Of a DNA stretch of 64,000 nt, positions 24,461 through 35,062 are shown in pieces. The position numbers were made by a program, and so were the translations under genes. The first letter of the stretch is position 1; each line of letters begins with the position of its first letter. A model generated the notes under the pieces. It worked only from the letters and a program-made list of their open reading frames with translations. It was not told the origin of the DNA and ran no database searches. The DNA is taken from assembly GCF_009834535.1 (NCBI RefSeq), contig NC_045697.1:84446001-84510000 (forward strand), in the 5' to 3' direction. The stretch is from Camelus ferus. Taxonomy: Eukaryota.

Positions 24461-25082
24461 TACATGAGCATATATCTAGAAGGAACCCTACTTCAAAATG
24501 ACACCTGCACCCCAATGTTCATAGCAGCACTATTTACAATAGCCAAGACATGGAAACAGCCTGAATGTCCATCAACAGATGACTGGATAAAGAAGATGTG
24601 GTATATTTATACATTGGACTACCATTCAGCCATAAAAATGACAACATAATGCCACTTGCAGCAACATGGATGGCCCTGGACAATGTCATTCTAAGTGAAG
24701 TAAACCAGAAAGAGAAAGAAAAATACCATATGAGATCGCTCATATGTGGAATCTAAAAAAAATAGAACATAAATACAAAACAGAAACAGACTCATAGACA
24801 TAGAATGCAAACTTGTGGTTGCCAAGGGGAAGAGGGGTGGGAAGGGACACACTGGGAGTTCGAAATTTGTAGATACTGACAGGCATATGTAGAATAGATA
24901 AACAAGATTATGCTGTATAGCACAGAGAAATATATATAAGATCTTGTGGTAGCTCATAGCGAAAAAATGCGACAATGAATATATGCATCTTTATGTATAA
25001 CTGAAAAATTGTGCTCTACACTGGAATTTGACATAACATTGTAAAATGACTATAACTCAATAAAAAATGTTTAAAAATTTTT
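24461..25082 (+). mobile_element. Young camelid-type 5'-truncated L1 nested in an older L1
   Basis: 13-bp TSD AAAAAGACAAGAA at 24448-24460 and 25083-25095. ORF 24464-24649 reads DTCTPMFIAALFTIAKTWKQPECPSTDDWIKKMWYIY. Confidence 0.93.
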
Positions 25083-25100
25083 AAAAAGACAAGAAATAAT

Positions 25101-25874
25101 TTTCTAGGTAATTTTGCTATGAGCATCTTTGTTACAAGCATTTCTGATGCATAACTAATTGGGTGTAAGGCAATTTTGCCATAAAAATAAAACAAATGGT
25201 TGACAGTTTGGTTTGACATATACATACAAAAATCATGACAGATGATGACTGGTTGGTTTTTTATTTTGAAACACACTACATTGGAAAAGAAAGAGGCCAA
25301 ATCCACATTTGCCATAGAACTTCGGAACGCCTATCAATAGACATGTGTGTGACACAATATTCCAAGAGCAAACAATAGTGTGGAAGGCTTTTACAATGCA
25401 ACACAAAGCTCGGTTATAAATATGCATCCCAGTATTTGGAAACTCTCTTAATGAAGGAAGAAATTTTGGTAAAAAAAGAAAAAGTGTGATGCTGAACAAG
25501 GAGAAGGATAAATGAACAACAAAAAAATTTTTTTAATGTAAAATACTATGTAAAAAAGACTTGGAAGACAAGTGCTTAGGCACAACCCATAAAGTAAAAT
25601 AAATTATTTGTGCAGTATTGCCATAAATATACACATATTTTAAATGTATTCAAATATTTTGTATTTTGCAATGAAGTCTCTGTAATTTCATTATTAATTT
25701 CTCATGTTTCATGTTTATGTCTTTTTAATGTCCCTCTTTTATTTTTGTTACTTTATCTTTTGTGGCAAAATTGCCTTATGGCTAAGTAGTTACATGGCAA
25801 AAATATTTGCAGCAAAAAATTACTGTGGCAAAGATGTCTGTGGCAAAGATGCTTACAAAGGAGCTACCAGACAT
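25101..25874 (+). mobile_element. Non-autonomous MULE/Mutator-type DNA transposon with a transposase remnant
   Basis: 25308-25445 in one frame reads FAIELRNAYQ*TCV*HNIPRANNSVEGFYNATQSSVINMHPSIWKL (MULE PRTNN..EGWH..HP.IWK motif). Inverted arms 25167-25186 and 25758-25777 match at 19/20. About 15-bp subterminal repeats. Degenerate 9-bp TSD AGAAATAAT/GGAAATAGT. Confidence 0.8.
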
Positions 25875-27919
25875 GGAAATAGTAAGTGTTGGCAAAGATG
25901 TGGAGAAAAGGCAACTGTTGTGCACTACTGGTGGGAATGTAAGTTAATGCAGCAGTCACTATGGAAAACAGTATTGGAGGGGTCCTCAAAAACTTAAAAA
26001 TAGAACTACCATATCATCCAGCAATTCCACTTTTTGGTATTTATCTGAAGAAAACAAAAACTCTAATTCAAAAAAATATATGCACCCTCATGTTCACTGA
26101 ATTATTTACAATGGTCAAAGATGTGGAAACAACCTAAATGTTAACTGAGAAATAAATAATGTGGTATATAGACATAACAGAATATTATTCGGTCATAAAA
26201 AATGAAATCTTGCCATTTGCCACAACATGGATGGAACTTGAGGGCATTCTGCAAAGTGAAATAAGTAAACCAGAGAAAGACAAACACTATATGATCATAT
26301 TTATATGAGGAATCTTAAAAAAAAAACAAGCTCACAGATACAGAGAACAGGGGGAGAGTGGTGGACCAAATGGATAAAGGGGGTCAAAAGGCACAAGTAC
26401 AAACTTTCAGTCATAAAATAAATATATCATAGGGATGTAATGTACAGCATGGTGACTATAGTTAAAAATTCTGTGCTGCCTATTTGACAGTTGCTAAGAG
26501 AGTAGATCTTAAAAGTACTCTTCACAAGAAAAAAATTTTTTTGGTAGTTATATGTTGTAATAGATGTTACCAGACGTCTTGTAGTAATGATGCTGCAACA
26601 TACACAAATACCAAATCACTATGCTGTACACTCGAAACTATATAATATAATGTTATATTATTTACATCTCAATTAAAAAAAGAAAAAGAAAAATCGGTTT
26701 AAAAGGTTTTGGAAATTCTGGGTAGGAGGATGGAAAACATTGAAATATTTAATAGGGCACTCAGGATAAGCCTTGTTGAGAAGGTGACATTAGAGAAAAA
26801 GTGGGAGAGAATATCTAGTTTGTTCAAAAACAGCAATGAGGTCATTATGGCCGAAGTGGACTGACAGAGAGGGAAAGTGGTAGGAGCATTCATTGCCTCT
26901 TACCTAGATTATTGCAATAGATCCCTAACTAATTTCACTGCTTCAACTTTTGCTTCTTCCCCAACCCCGTAAATTGAGAGTAGGCTCTGTGTGTTGGAGG
27001 AGATGGGGAGCCGTGGTGGAGGTGGTGCTTGGATAGGCAAAAGCAAAAGCAGTGAAATTAGTTAGGGGTCTATTTCAGTAGTCCAAATGAGAGGACGGAG
27101 GCCCAATCCAGCAGTGAGGATCGGAGGAAGTGTTCATATTCTGGGTGTTTTGAATATAGATCCAATAGGATTTTGTGGGTAAGAGAAGAGAGAGGCTTGG
27201 ATAAGAGGTATGAGAGAAGGAGAGAAGTAAAAAATGACTCTAAAGTTTTGGTCTTGTGCAACTCTTACAATAGAGTTACATCAAGAGAGAAGGAAAAGAA
27301 TGTAGGTAGAGCAAGTCTGTGAAAGAAAGTTAAGATTTTGGTTTTGCAACATGTTGCATTTAAGATTTCCACTTTTATACATGATAACTCAGCATAGGAA
27401 TTAAGACACATGGTCTCTGTTGTTGACTTGTTGAGGTACATCTTTTACTTAATACCAGTAGAGATAGCAATCTGCCCATAATTTACACTCTGAATAGCTA
27501 AAGACATGAGAAAAAAGCCAGAATTGAATAATGCTATTTATACTCCCTATTCTTTAATTTGCATCCTCTCACCATTTGCCAAATAATTTATTGGTTTTTA
27601 GAATTTGCCTTTTTTTGTGGACTAAAGAGCTTGCTTAAAGTATTTTTCGATTCTGTTTTGTAAAACAAAAACAAAACCCCACAAAATAACAACAAAAACA
27701 AAACAAAAAAACAACAAAACCCCATTTGTCTTCTTATGGAGTGAGTAATCATTCTCCAGGTTTCTGCTTTTAAAATGCACACCCAGGGCTGACACATAAC
27801 TGTGAATTAAATAGACTACTTTCCTCCAGAAATTGAAGAGGTGATGGAGGGAGCTGGGAGAGCACTAGCGATTGAGGAGAGGAACCTATATTCTGTAGGC
27901 TGTAGATTATCAAGAGGAG

Positions 27920-28481
27920 TGTAGCACTGTTCCCCATCATCCTGAGCATATCTTGGGCTATATCTTCCAGTTTCCTTTGAATTTTTTTTTTTTTTTTTTT
28001 TTTTTGCTGGGGGAAGAGGTAATTAGGTTTGTTTGTTTAAATGAAGGTCCTGAAGATTGAACCCAGGACCTCGTGCACACATTCTACCACTGAGTTATAC
28101 CCTCCCCGCATCCAGCTCCCTTTGAAGTGAGGTGTGGCCATGTAACTGAGTTCCAGCCAGTGGAATATGAGAGGAAGTGGCCTGGTCCACTTCCAGGCTT
28201 GGTCCAGGAAAACTTTCCACTTAATGATATTTATGCCTTCCCCTTTTGATTGGTTGAAGAGTAGCCTGTTATATTGGAAACCGTATGCTGAAAATGATGG
28301 AGCCAAAACTGGAAGAAGCCTGGGTCTCTGAATTCTGCTCAGAAAAGACCATCCATCAACCAGGAATTCCCACTTTCGACTTAAAATGAGTGGGAAATAA
28401 AAGTTTACTGCATTTGAGCTATCATACTGTAAATTTGTAAATTTATTTGTTATAGCAGCTAACGGTCTCAAAGCTAATACA
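27920..28481 (+). mobile_element. MaLR solo LTR (MLT1J1/J2-like), interrupted by the SINE
   Basis: GGTGTGGCCATGTAACTGAGTTCCAGCCAGTGGAATATGAG..CACTTCCAGGCTTGG..TTTGTTATAGCAGCTAAC..CTAATACA. Confidence 0.8.
27982..28107 (-). mobile_element. tRNA-derived SINE, camelid vic-1-like
   Basis: Reverse complement GGGGAGGGTATAACTCAGTGGTAGA..GAGGTCCTGGGTTCAATC..AAACCTAATTACCTC..A24, with Pol III A and B boxes. Degenerate TSD TCCAGTTTCCTTTGAA/TCCAGCTCCCTTTGAA. Confidence 0.9.
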
Positions 28482-29361
28482 AAGAGAGAAATAGGGGTTC
28501 AAAGCACACTTACTGTCCACATTTCCCTATTTAGCGCTCCAATTTGGAGTCTGTTATTTCCTTCAAATCTCCTTATAAGCATATAGTTGAGGAGTGGAAT
28601 TATAAGTACATATCTTTTAATGTAGGGTTTAAACAAAACTCATGGAACATTCCACACACTATAATACTGACTTAAGCATGAATTCAAAGATATAAATCTT
28701 TGCGGCTTGAGAAATTAGCAGCACTACTGAGATACTCAGTTTTCCCAATTTGATTTGCATTGCCAGCGAAATGTTTACTGAGTGCATGGTGGCACTTAGA
28801 CATCTAATTCAATACTCTACTTGAAAATTTCTGATCATGCCTTTGGATCATAGCTGTTCTCAAATACTACATCCTTTCTAGGGCAGTATTTAATATAAAA
28901 AAGTTTCCCATTTTTAATATATCCATTCCTTGGCTTTAGAGGCACACAGAGTAAAGCCTTTATTTTCAAATTTCATATACACATGTCCTTCAAAGAAAAA
29001 TATATTTGTTTTCAACATGGGGGACATCTTCTGCAATGACTCCACATCAAATATATATTCTTTAAAATAAAGCACAAAATTACAAAACGGTGTGGATTCT
29101 CTAACCTTGTCCTGAGAGGAAAAAGATAAATAAATTAACATTCTATAAGGAAATAAAAATACCTGAAGATTTCATCTACAAATTTGGATACCAAAAGTAA
29201 AAATTTTCCAGTATTTAAAGTCCAGCTTAGTTTTTTGAAGATACCTGGTATACTATAATAATGCATGAACATTGGCAAGCTCTGTCTCCTCAAATATCTC
29301 CTCTAAGTAGGTGATAAAGGGTCTGAAGTGTATCTAGTTTACCCTGCAATATTCCCAATAG

Positions 29362-29362
<1 letters not shown>

Positions 29363-29452
<90 letters not shown>
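29363..29452. repeat. Compound microsatellite (GAT)16(AAT)14
   Basis: Directly visible; explains the poly-M/I and poly-L/S ORFs. Confidence 0.98.
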
Positions 29453-29453
<1 letters not shown>

Positions 29454-29454
29454 G

Positions 29455-29675
29455 TTTTATTGAGCACCACCATGTGTCAGGGACTATGTGAAGCACTTTT
29501 AATGATTCTTTTAATGCAATTCTCATAATGATCCTATGAAGAGACAAATATTATTTTCTACTTTTCCAGTGAGGAAGTTGAAGCACAGATAAGTTTAATG
29601 ATGAGGTTATATTTGGTATGTGAGAGAGCCGGGGGTTGAACAATTTGACAGTCTGGTTCTACAGCCCATGCTCAA
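29455..29675 (-). mobile_element. MIR
   Basis: TTTATTGAGCACCACCATGTGTCAGG..TTCTCATAATGATCCTATGAAG..GAGGAAGTTGAAGCACAGA. Confidence 0.8.
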
Positions 29676-29976
29676 TATTCTTGGAAAGGCTAACATATTA
29701 AGTCCCTTTCACTAAATGCAAATCAATTAATCATTTTTTATGATAGCAAATATTAGGTGTTAAAATAATGCAAGAAATTAAAAGAATAAATTAGTACTCT
29801 TTATATACATATGGTTATTCTTATGGTTAAACTTACAGCACTTATAGCACTATGAGGAATATAGTACTTAGTACATTTGCACTATTTACTATGTATAAAT
29901 CTAAATCATGGTTTAAATGTTGGGAAAGTTTTAAACTTATTGTTACCTAAAAATGTAGGCCAAGCCTTAAATATTT

Positions 29977-29980
<4 letters not shown>

Positions 29981-30026
<46 letters not shown>
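29981..30026. repeat. (TA)23 microsatellite
   Basis: Directly visible. Confidence 0.98.
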
Positions 30027-30027
<1 letters not shown>

Positions 30028-30445
30028 CACATATACACTATATACACCAATATATCATACTAAAGAAACTATAAATCATATAAATAATAATCAGTATAAA
30101 GCACAATTAAGTAAAATCTTAAAAACCATTATTTTATACTAATCTGGGAAAATTCACTATTATTTATGTGAAAAGTATGAAAACTGAAGTACATAAGATA
30201 AAATGCTGCTGACATCTTTAAAAATGAGCTTTTCTGGGGGACACTGTTTAATGTCCTTGCATGTCTTCAAGGTGTTAAGTATATTAATATTTATATTAAT
30301 ATTAAACTTGAATAATTCAAAGATACATATTTAATCTCTAGGACAAAAATGAGCTTCTTGAGGGCAAGTCTTTTAAAAAATCTCCAGCACTAGTCCAGTG
30401 TCTGGCATATAGTTCAAATAAATGAATAACTGCTTATTAAAGAGC

Positions 30446-30927
30446 TGTATTAGGCAGGTTCTCCAGAAAAATGGAACCAATAGGATAGGATATATACAGA
30501 TATACATATATAAGAGGAGATTTATTACCAGAATTAGCTTATATAGTTATGGAGAGACAGGAAAGCTGGTAGTATAATTCAGGATGAGTCCAAAGGCCTG
30601 AGAACTAGGGAAGCTGATAGTGTAAGTCTCAGAGTCACAAGGTCCAAGAACCAGGAGCTCTGATGTCCAAGGGCAGGAGAAGACGGACAGCCCAGCTCAG
30701 GAAGAGAGAGAGATGCCTTCCTTTTACTTTTAGGTTCTATTTAGGCCCTCAACTGATAGGATGATGCCCACCTGCATTGATGAGGGAGGATCTCTATTCT
30801 CAGTCTACTAATGCAAATGCTAACCTCTTTCAGAAACATCCTCATAGACACACCCAGAAATAATGTTTTACCAGCCATCTGGCCTTCCTTAGCCCAGTCA
30901 AGTTGACACATAAAATTAACCATCACA
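30446..30927 (-). mobile_element. ERVL solo LTR (MLT2-like)
   Basis: TGTATTAG..GGTTCTCCAGAAAAATGGAACCAATAGGA ... CAGTCAAGTTGACACATAAAATTAACCATCACA. 5-bp TSD AGAGC/AGAGT. Confidence 0.9.
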
Positions 30928-31267
30928 AGAGTGTTTCCAAGTAAAGGTCTATTTAGAACTTCTTCACATCAATAAATAATGAGTGATTTGTCATCTACAA
31001 ATTTTATCTATCTATATTAATTTATAAATAGTTTTAATAGTTCTAAACTAGGTTTTGTAATGAGTTCCTGTCTCTATGAAAGTTAAACTTTTGATCTACA
31101 ATTTTTTTTATTATTAATCTGATTATCAGCCATTTCCTTCATAGTTCAAAAAGTCAATGATAGAATAGCTCAATTCAAGTCAAATAATCATGGTTTCTAA
31201 ATTGGTATGTTTGGCGTTAACGAAATGATTTTGTATAGCTGAGCATGATAACTAAAAGGCATTTTTG

Positions 31268-31445
31268 AGAGCTCTGCTGATTAGCACAGTAACTATTAGC
31301 TACATGTGGCTATTTAAATTTAAAATGATTAAAATAAAATACAATAAAAATTCAGTTACTCAGTTGCACTAGTGGTAACTGCATTGAACAGCACACATAC
31401 AGAACATTTCCATCATCACAGAAAGCTCTACCAGACAGTGGTATT
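31268..31445. mobile_element. MER33/MER3-like hAT-Charlie MITE
   Basis: TAGCTACATGTGGCTATTTAAATTTAAA..CTCAGTTGCACTAG..AGAACATTTCCATCATCACAGAAAG. Confidence 0.8.
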
Positions 31446-33589
31446 CTAGAAAAAGAGAGAATTTGTAATATGAATCAATTATATTCATAGGTGATTTACA
31501 AACCTCACCTTTGCTGGTAATTTCTTATTTTTCCATACTTTTCTCAAAGTGTTCCTCTAATAACATAACTGGCTTGACTTTGAAGTGTTGCCTTCCCCTT
31601 GCTCTAGCTCTGGAGAAGGCACTACCCATGGAAAAAACATGCTTAAAGGAAGCAAGAAGGAAAGCAAAAGTAAGAAGCAGTATAATGTGCAAATCATGCA
31701 ATCAGCTTTTATGAGGTCAAGAAATTTGTCTGTACTACACCACAGACAAGTCATTTAGTCTTATAGCTTTTGTGTGCAAAAATTTCTTTAAAGGAGGTAC
31801 AACAGAATGATAGAGTGCTGACTCATCATTTGGGTGATTAGCCTAAAATCAAATAGTACAAATAGAAAAATAAATTAGAAACAGCAAATATAAAAAGACA
31901 TAGGTAAATTCCAAACCATTCAGTAACAATGTCATCCAACTGCTGCAGAGGATGGAATTATTCCTTGATACGTCCACACTTACAGGATTCCTGCTGCTTT
32001 CTTCCTTTCGGCAATCAGCCCTTTCAGTGGTCTCTTGACGTCTAGGTTTCCAAGCACAACCACTAGCTATTCTCTAGATACTACCCTCCTACTTTGAACT
32101 TTTCCACCTGGGATTCCTTTCTCAAACCTAATCTAAAAAATGACTGATTATATTCAAGGCAATGGCGCAGTACCAGCTATTTAAACATTCCAGAAAAGTT
32201 CCTATTTCCATTACAAACAAATTCATTCCTAGCCTCTTGCTGACCCAATTATGGTGGGTCACTGTAATTAAATCTCTTACAGTTACCATCTTCTCTTTTT
32301 CAAGCTGCATTTTACCCTGTCTCTTTTTCAAACACAATATAATAAATATTAGATTTCAAATATTCACAAAGACAAGCCAAAAGAAAAAGGTGTTTGCACA
32401 TGAGCGTGGATATAATTCACTGCAGTGTTTAATCTTTATCTTTTTAAAACAAACTCTAGCTTTGGGAGGAATACTGCAGGAAATAGAAAAAGGAAACAAT
32501 GTCTCACATGATTCTAAATGTAGTTGAGACACTAAATAAAATATTTAGCCAGTTAACCAAAACTTTCACTTTTCATCAGCAGGCAATCCTGAGTTTTATG
32601 ACTTAATATGAATTGTTCATACATTGCATTGTGTAAGATGCATCAATTTCATTTTGGGTAGAATTAATGGTGAATATTTATAGGAGTAATTTGGGAAGTC
32701 TTATTTTAGACTTTTTTTGAATCAAGTAAAAAATATTAAAAATTATAATTTCTAGTGTACTTTCTTAGGTTTCTGTGTACAGTCACCTGCTGGTTATCCA
32801 CCTGGCATAAGACATGTGCAAGCCTCACTGGGCATACTCTAAAGAACTCAGAGCCTCCTGGAGTTAATTTCTGGCACACTTTCCTCTAGCAGAAGAAAAG
32901 CTACAGCATTCTGTAGAGGTAAGACTGACCATGGTGTTAAGCTTGGGAGTATGATAATTTTTCCAGAAAGTCAAGAAGTTACAGATTTGACTCAGAGCTA
33001 GTACATACTTCAATACTTTTACTAAAAATAGAGGAATGGATGAGATAATAAAATCACTGGATAAAGTGTAGTGGAAGTCCACATTTGGGGCTGAGCTATG
33101 CTTACTGCCAGAGTTCAGATATTTGCTGGAACATAGCTATAGATTGTCTGAAGTTTATTTATTATTTTCCCTGGCTGCTCAGCCCTCAGCCCTAGGCGGC
33201 TGGTAAACAGTCACTCGCACACCCCGCATCTGAAGTCTATTTGAATGAAGAGTTTAGAAGTCTTCTTGGAAAGACATCATCTTTAAGGAAAGAGAAATTA
33301 AAGAATGACAAAAGTATCCCTATGATAAACTCTTCATTATTGGAGTTTCAATTTTGAGTACAGCCATGCTGGTCTGTCTCCAATTTGATTCCTGGGGGAA
33401 TGACGGATGTGCTCTCTGTAATTCCAGTTTGCACTTTTTAAGAAATACTGAGAGTCTTTTTGAGGTACTTTGGTGCTGGATTAATTGAGGTACAAAGGGT
33501 CAGTGTTGTACATGATCAAAGGAGCAAACAGACTGATATTTATATGTAGATAATCTTTCAGTTCCTTCTTTTTCATGCTAGATGACATC

Positions 33590-34188
33590 TTTCAATCAAT
33601 TCAGACAACATTCAAAGCCCTTAATCTGTATATTAGGAATACAGTGGAGAGCATGACAGACACAGTCTCTTTCTTGAGAATAGTATGGTCTCATGGAGGA
33701 GGCAGATCTCAAAAATAAGTACAACACTAATTACACAATTACAAGAATGTGAGAATTTATGATGGAGGATCTAATCTAACAAGGAATACATAAGGAAAGC
33801 CTCTTACAGTGAGATTTATGTTTAAAGCTACAGGAGGGGTCCAGTAAAGCAGGTCAGTGGAGTATGGAGAAAGCATTACAAATATAAAGAGAAGCACATG
33901 CAAAGACCTTGGGGCAAGAATGAATCCACTGTGTTGGAAGAACAGAAAGATGCTAGTAGTGCAGCTGCTGCAAATAGATGGAAGAGAAAAAAGAAAGGTG
34001 AGGCTGCAGAGGTAGGCAGGGACCAGATCATAGAGGGCTCCGAGTAGGAAGTGACATGATTAGAATTGCTTCAGTACAAGTCCACTTTGGCTGTGTGTTG
34101 GTGAACGGATTACAAAATGGCCAGAATGAATGTGGGGAGCCTACTGCAATAACCAAACCAAGGGACATCTATGACTTTAGACTAGAGT
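33590..34188 (-). mobile_element. LINE-2 fragment
   Basis: AGCACATGCAAAGACCTTGGGGCAAG..GAGGTAGGCAGGGACCAGATCATAGAGGG..GAAGTGACATGATTAGA. Confidence 0.75.
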
Positions 34189-34540
34189 GGTAGCTCCTAA
34201 AGTGTTGTCCATAGACCTGCAGGAGGCCCAGAGATGCTTTAAGGGGGTTTGCAAGGTAAAAATTATTTTCATAATAATGCTAAGATATTATGAGCCCTTT
34301 AAATTGTTTTGACATTTGCTTTGATGGTACAAAAGCAAGGGTGGGTAAACTTCTGGAAATGTAGTTCTAATTAAGGCTTATAGTCATCGAACTCTTCATC
34401 TTAACATATCCTCAGTGAAAACAGCAAGTTAGCAAGTTTTATTGAAGAATTTCCTTGATGAAGCAGAAACATTTACTGATTTTATTAAATCTCATTCCTG
34501 AGTAGACATCTTTTTAATATTGCATGAAAAAACGGTGAAA
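34188..34540. mobile_element. Charlie1-like hAT fragment
   Basis: AAAGTGTTGTCCATAGACC..ATTTTCATAATAATGCTAAGA..GACATTTGCTTTGATGGTACAAAAGCAA..CCTTGATGAAGCAG. Confidence 0.75.
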
Positions 34541-34840
34541 CATGTTGCAGAAGTAGCTCAAAGTTATCGCCAACTTCCTATAGCAGAAGCTGTTTTTCTC
34601 TTTGTGGTAGCAGAGGTCAGTTGCTCAATGTAGCAGAAAGCTAAAGAAAGACAGCATATGAGAGTAGATGCTCTAAAAGAAGAGAGATAAAGACAATGCA
34701 GGAATATATAAATATATCTATGGGCAGTCATGAGCCACTCTACAAAGCTAATTAACCTCTCTCAGTTCTGCCTGTTACATAGTCATAATAGATAGGCTCT
34801 CAGGGTGACTCTGGCAAGCCATTGTCTGTTGGGTACTAAT

Positions 34841-35062
34841 AATGATGTGTTAGAGTAAGCTCATAACGGATTAGGAGAACAGATTGTGTTTGTCTCTTTC
34901 CAACTCCACAATCAGTGATGTGATGTCAGGTTGGTAGACTGAAATTCAAACATGATGGTGGTATATATACTACATTAATTAACATACAGTACAAATGGGG
35001 CCTCCGTTTTTTCTTTAAACCTGGGAGAACCAGTTGTTAAACATTTGCTAGCACACCTCTAG
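34841..35062. mobile_element. MER63-like hAT-Blackjack element
   Basis: GATTGTG..CTCTTTCCAACTCCAC..CAGTGATGT..GTTGGTAG..GAGAACCAGTTGTTAAACATTT..AGCACACC. Confidence 0.7.

Larger units (their letters stand above)
24048..26682 (+). mobile_element. L1MA9-like LINE-1 3' portion, interrupted by a young L1 and a MULE element
   Basis: ORF2-end text at 24048-24460 resumes at about 25876 (GAAATAGTAAGTGTTGGCAAAGATGTGGAG). The 3'UTR GATGTAATGTACAGCATGGTGACTATAG..GTTGCTAAGAGAGTAGATCTTAAAAG is L1MA8/9 type. Confidence 0.85.
23838..27365 (-). mobile_element. LINE-2 3' portion (23838-24045 and 26696-27365), split by the L1 insertion
   Basis: ATTCACTCAAC..AAATATTCATGGAG..ATGCCATGTGC..TGGAGTTTACATTCTGG, resuming as AAGCCTTGTTGAGAAGGTGACATT..AAAATGACTCTAAAGTTTTGG. 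Confidence 0.75.

Noticed and set aside
28040..28107. tRNA gene
   Set aside because: The tRNA-like head is degenerate and followed by a SINE tail, polyA and TSD, so it is a SINE.
29290..29547. Poly-Met/Ile and poly-Leu/Ser ORFs
   Set aside because: Translation artefacts of the (GAT)(AAT) microsatellite.
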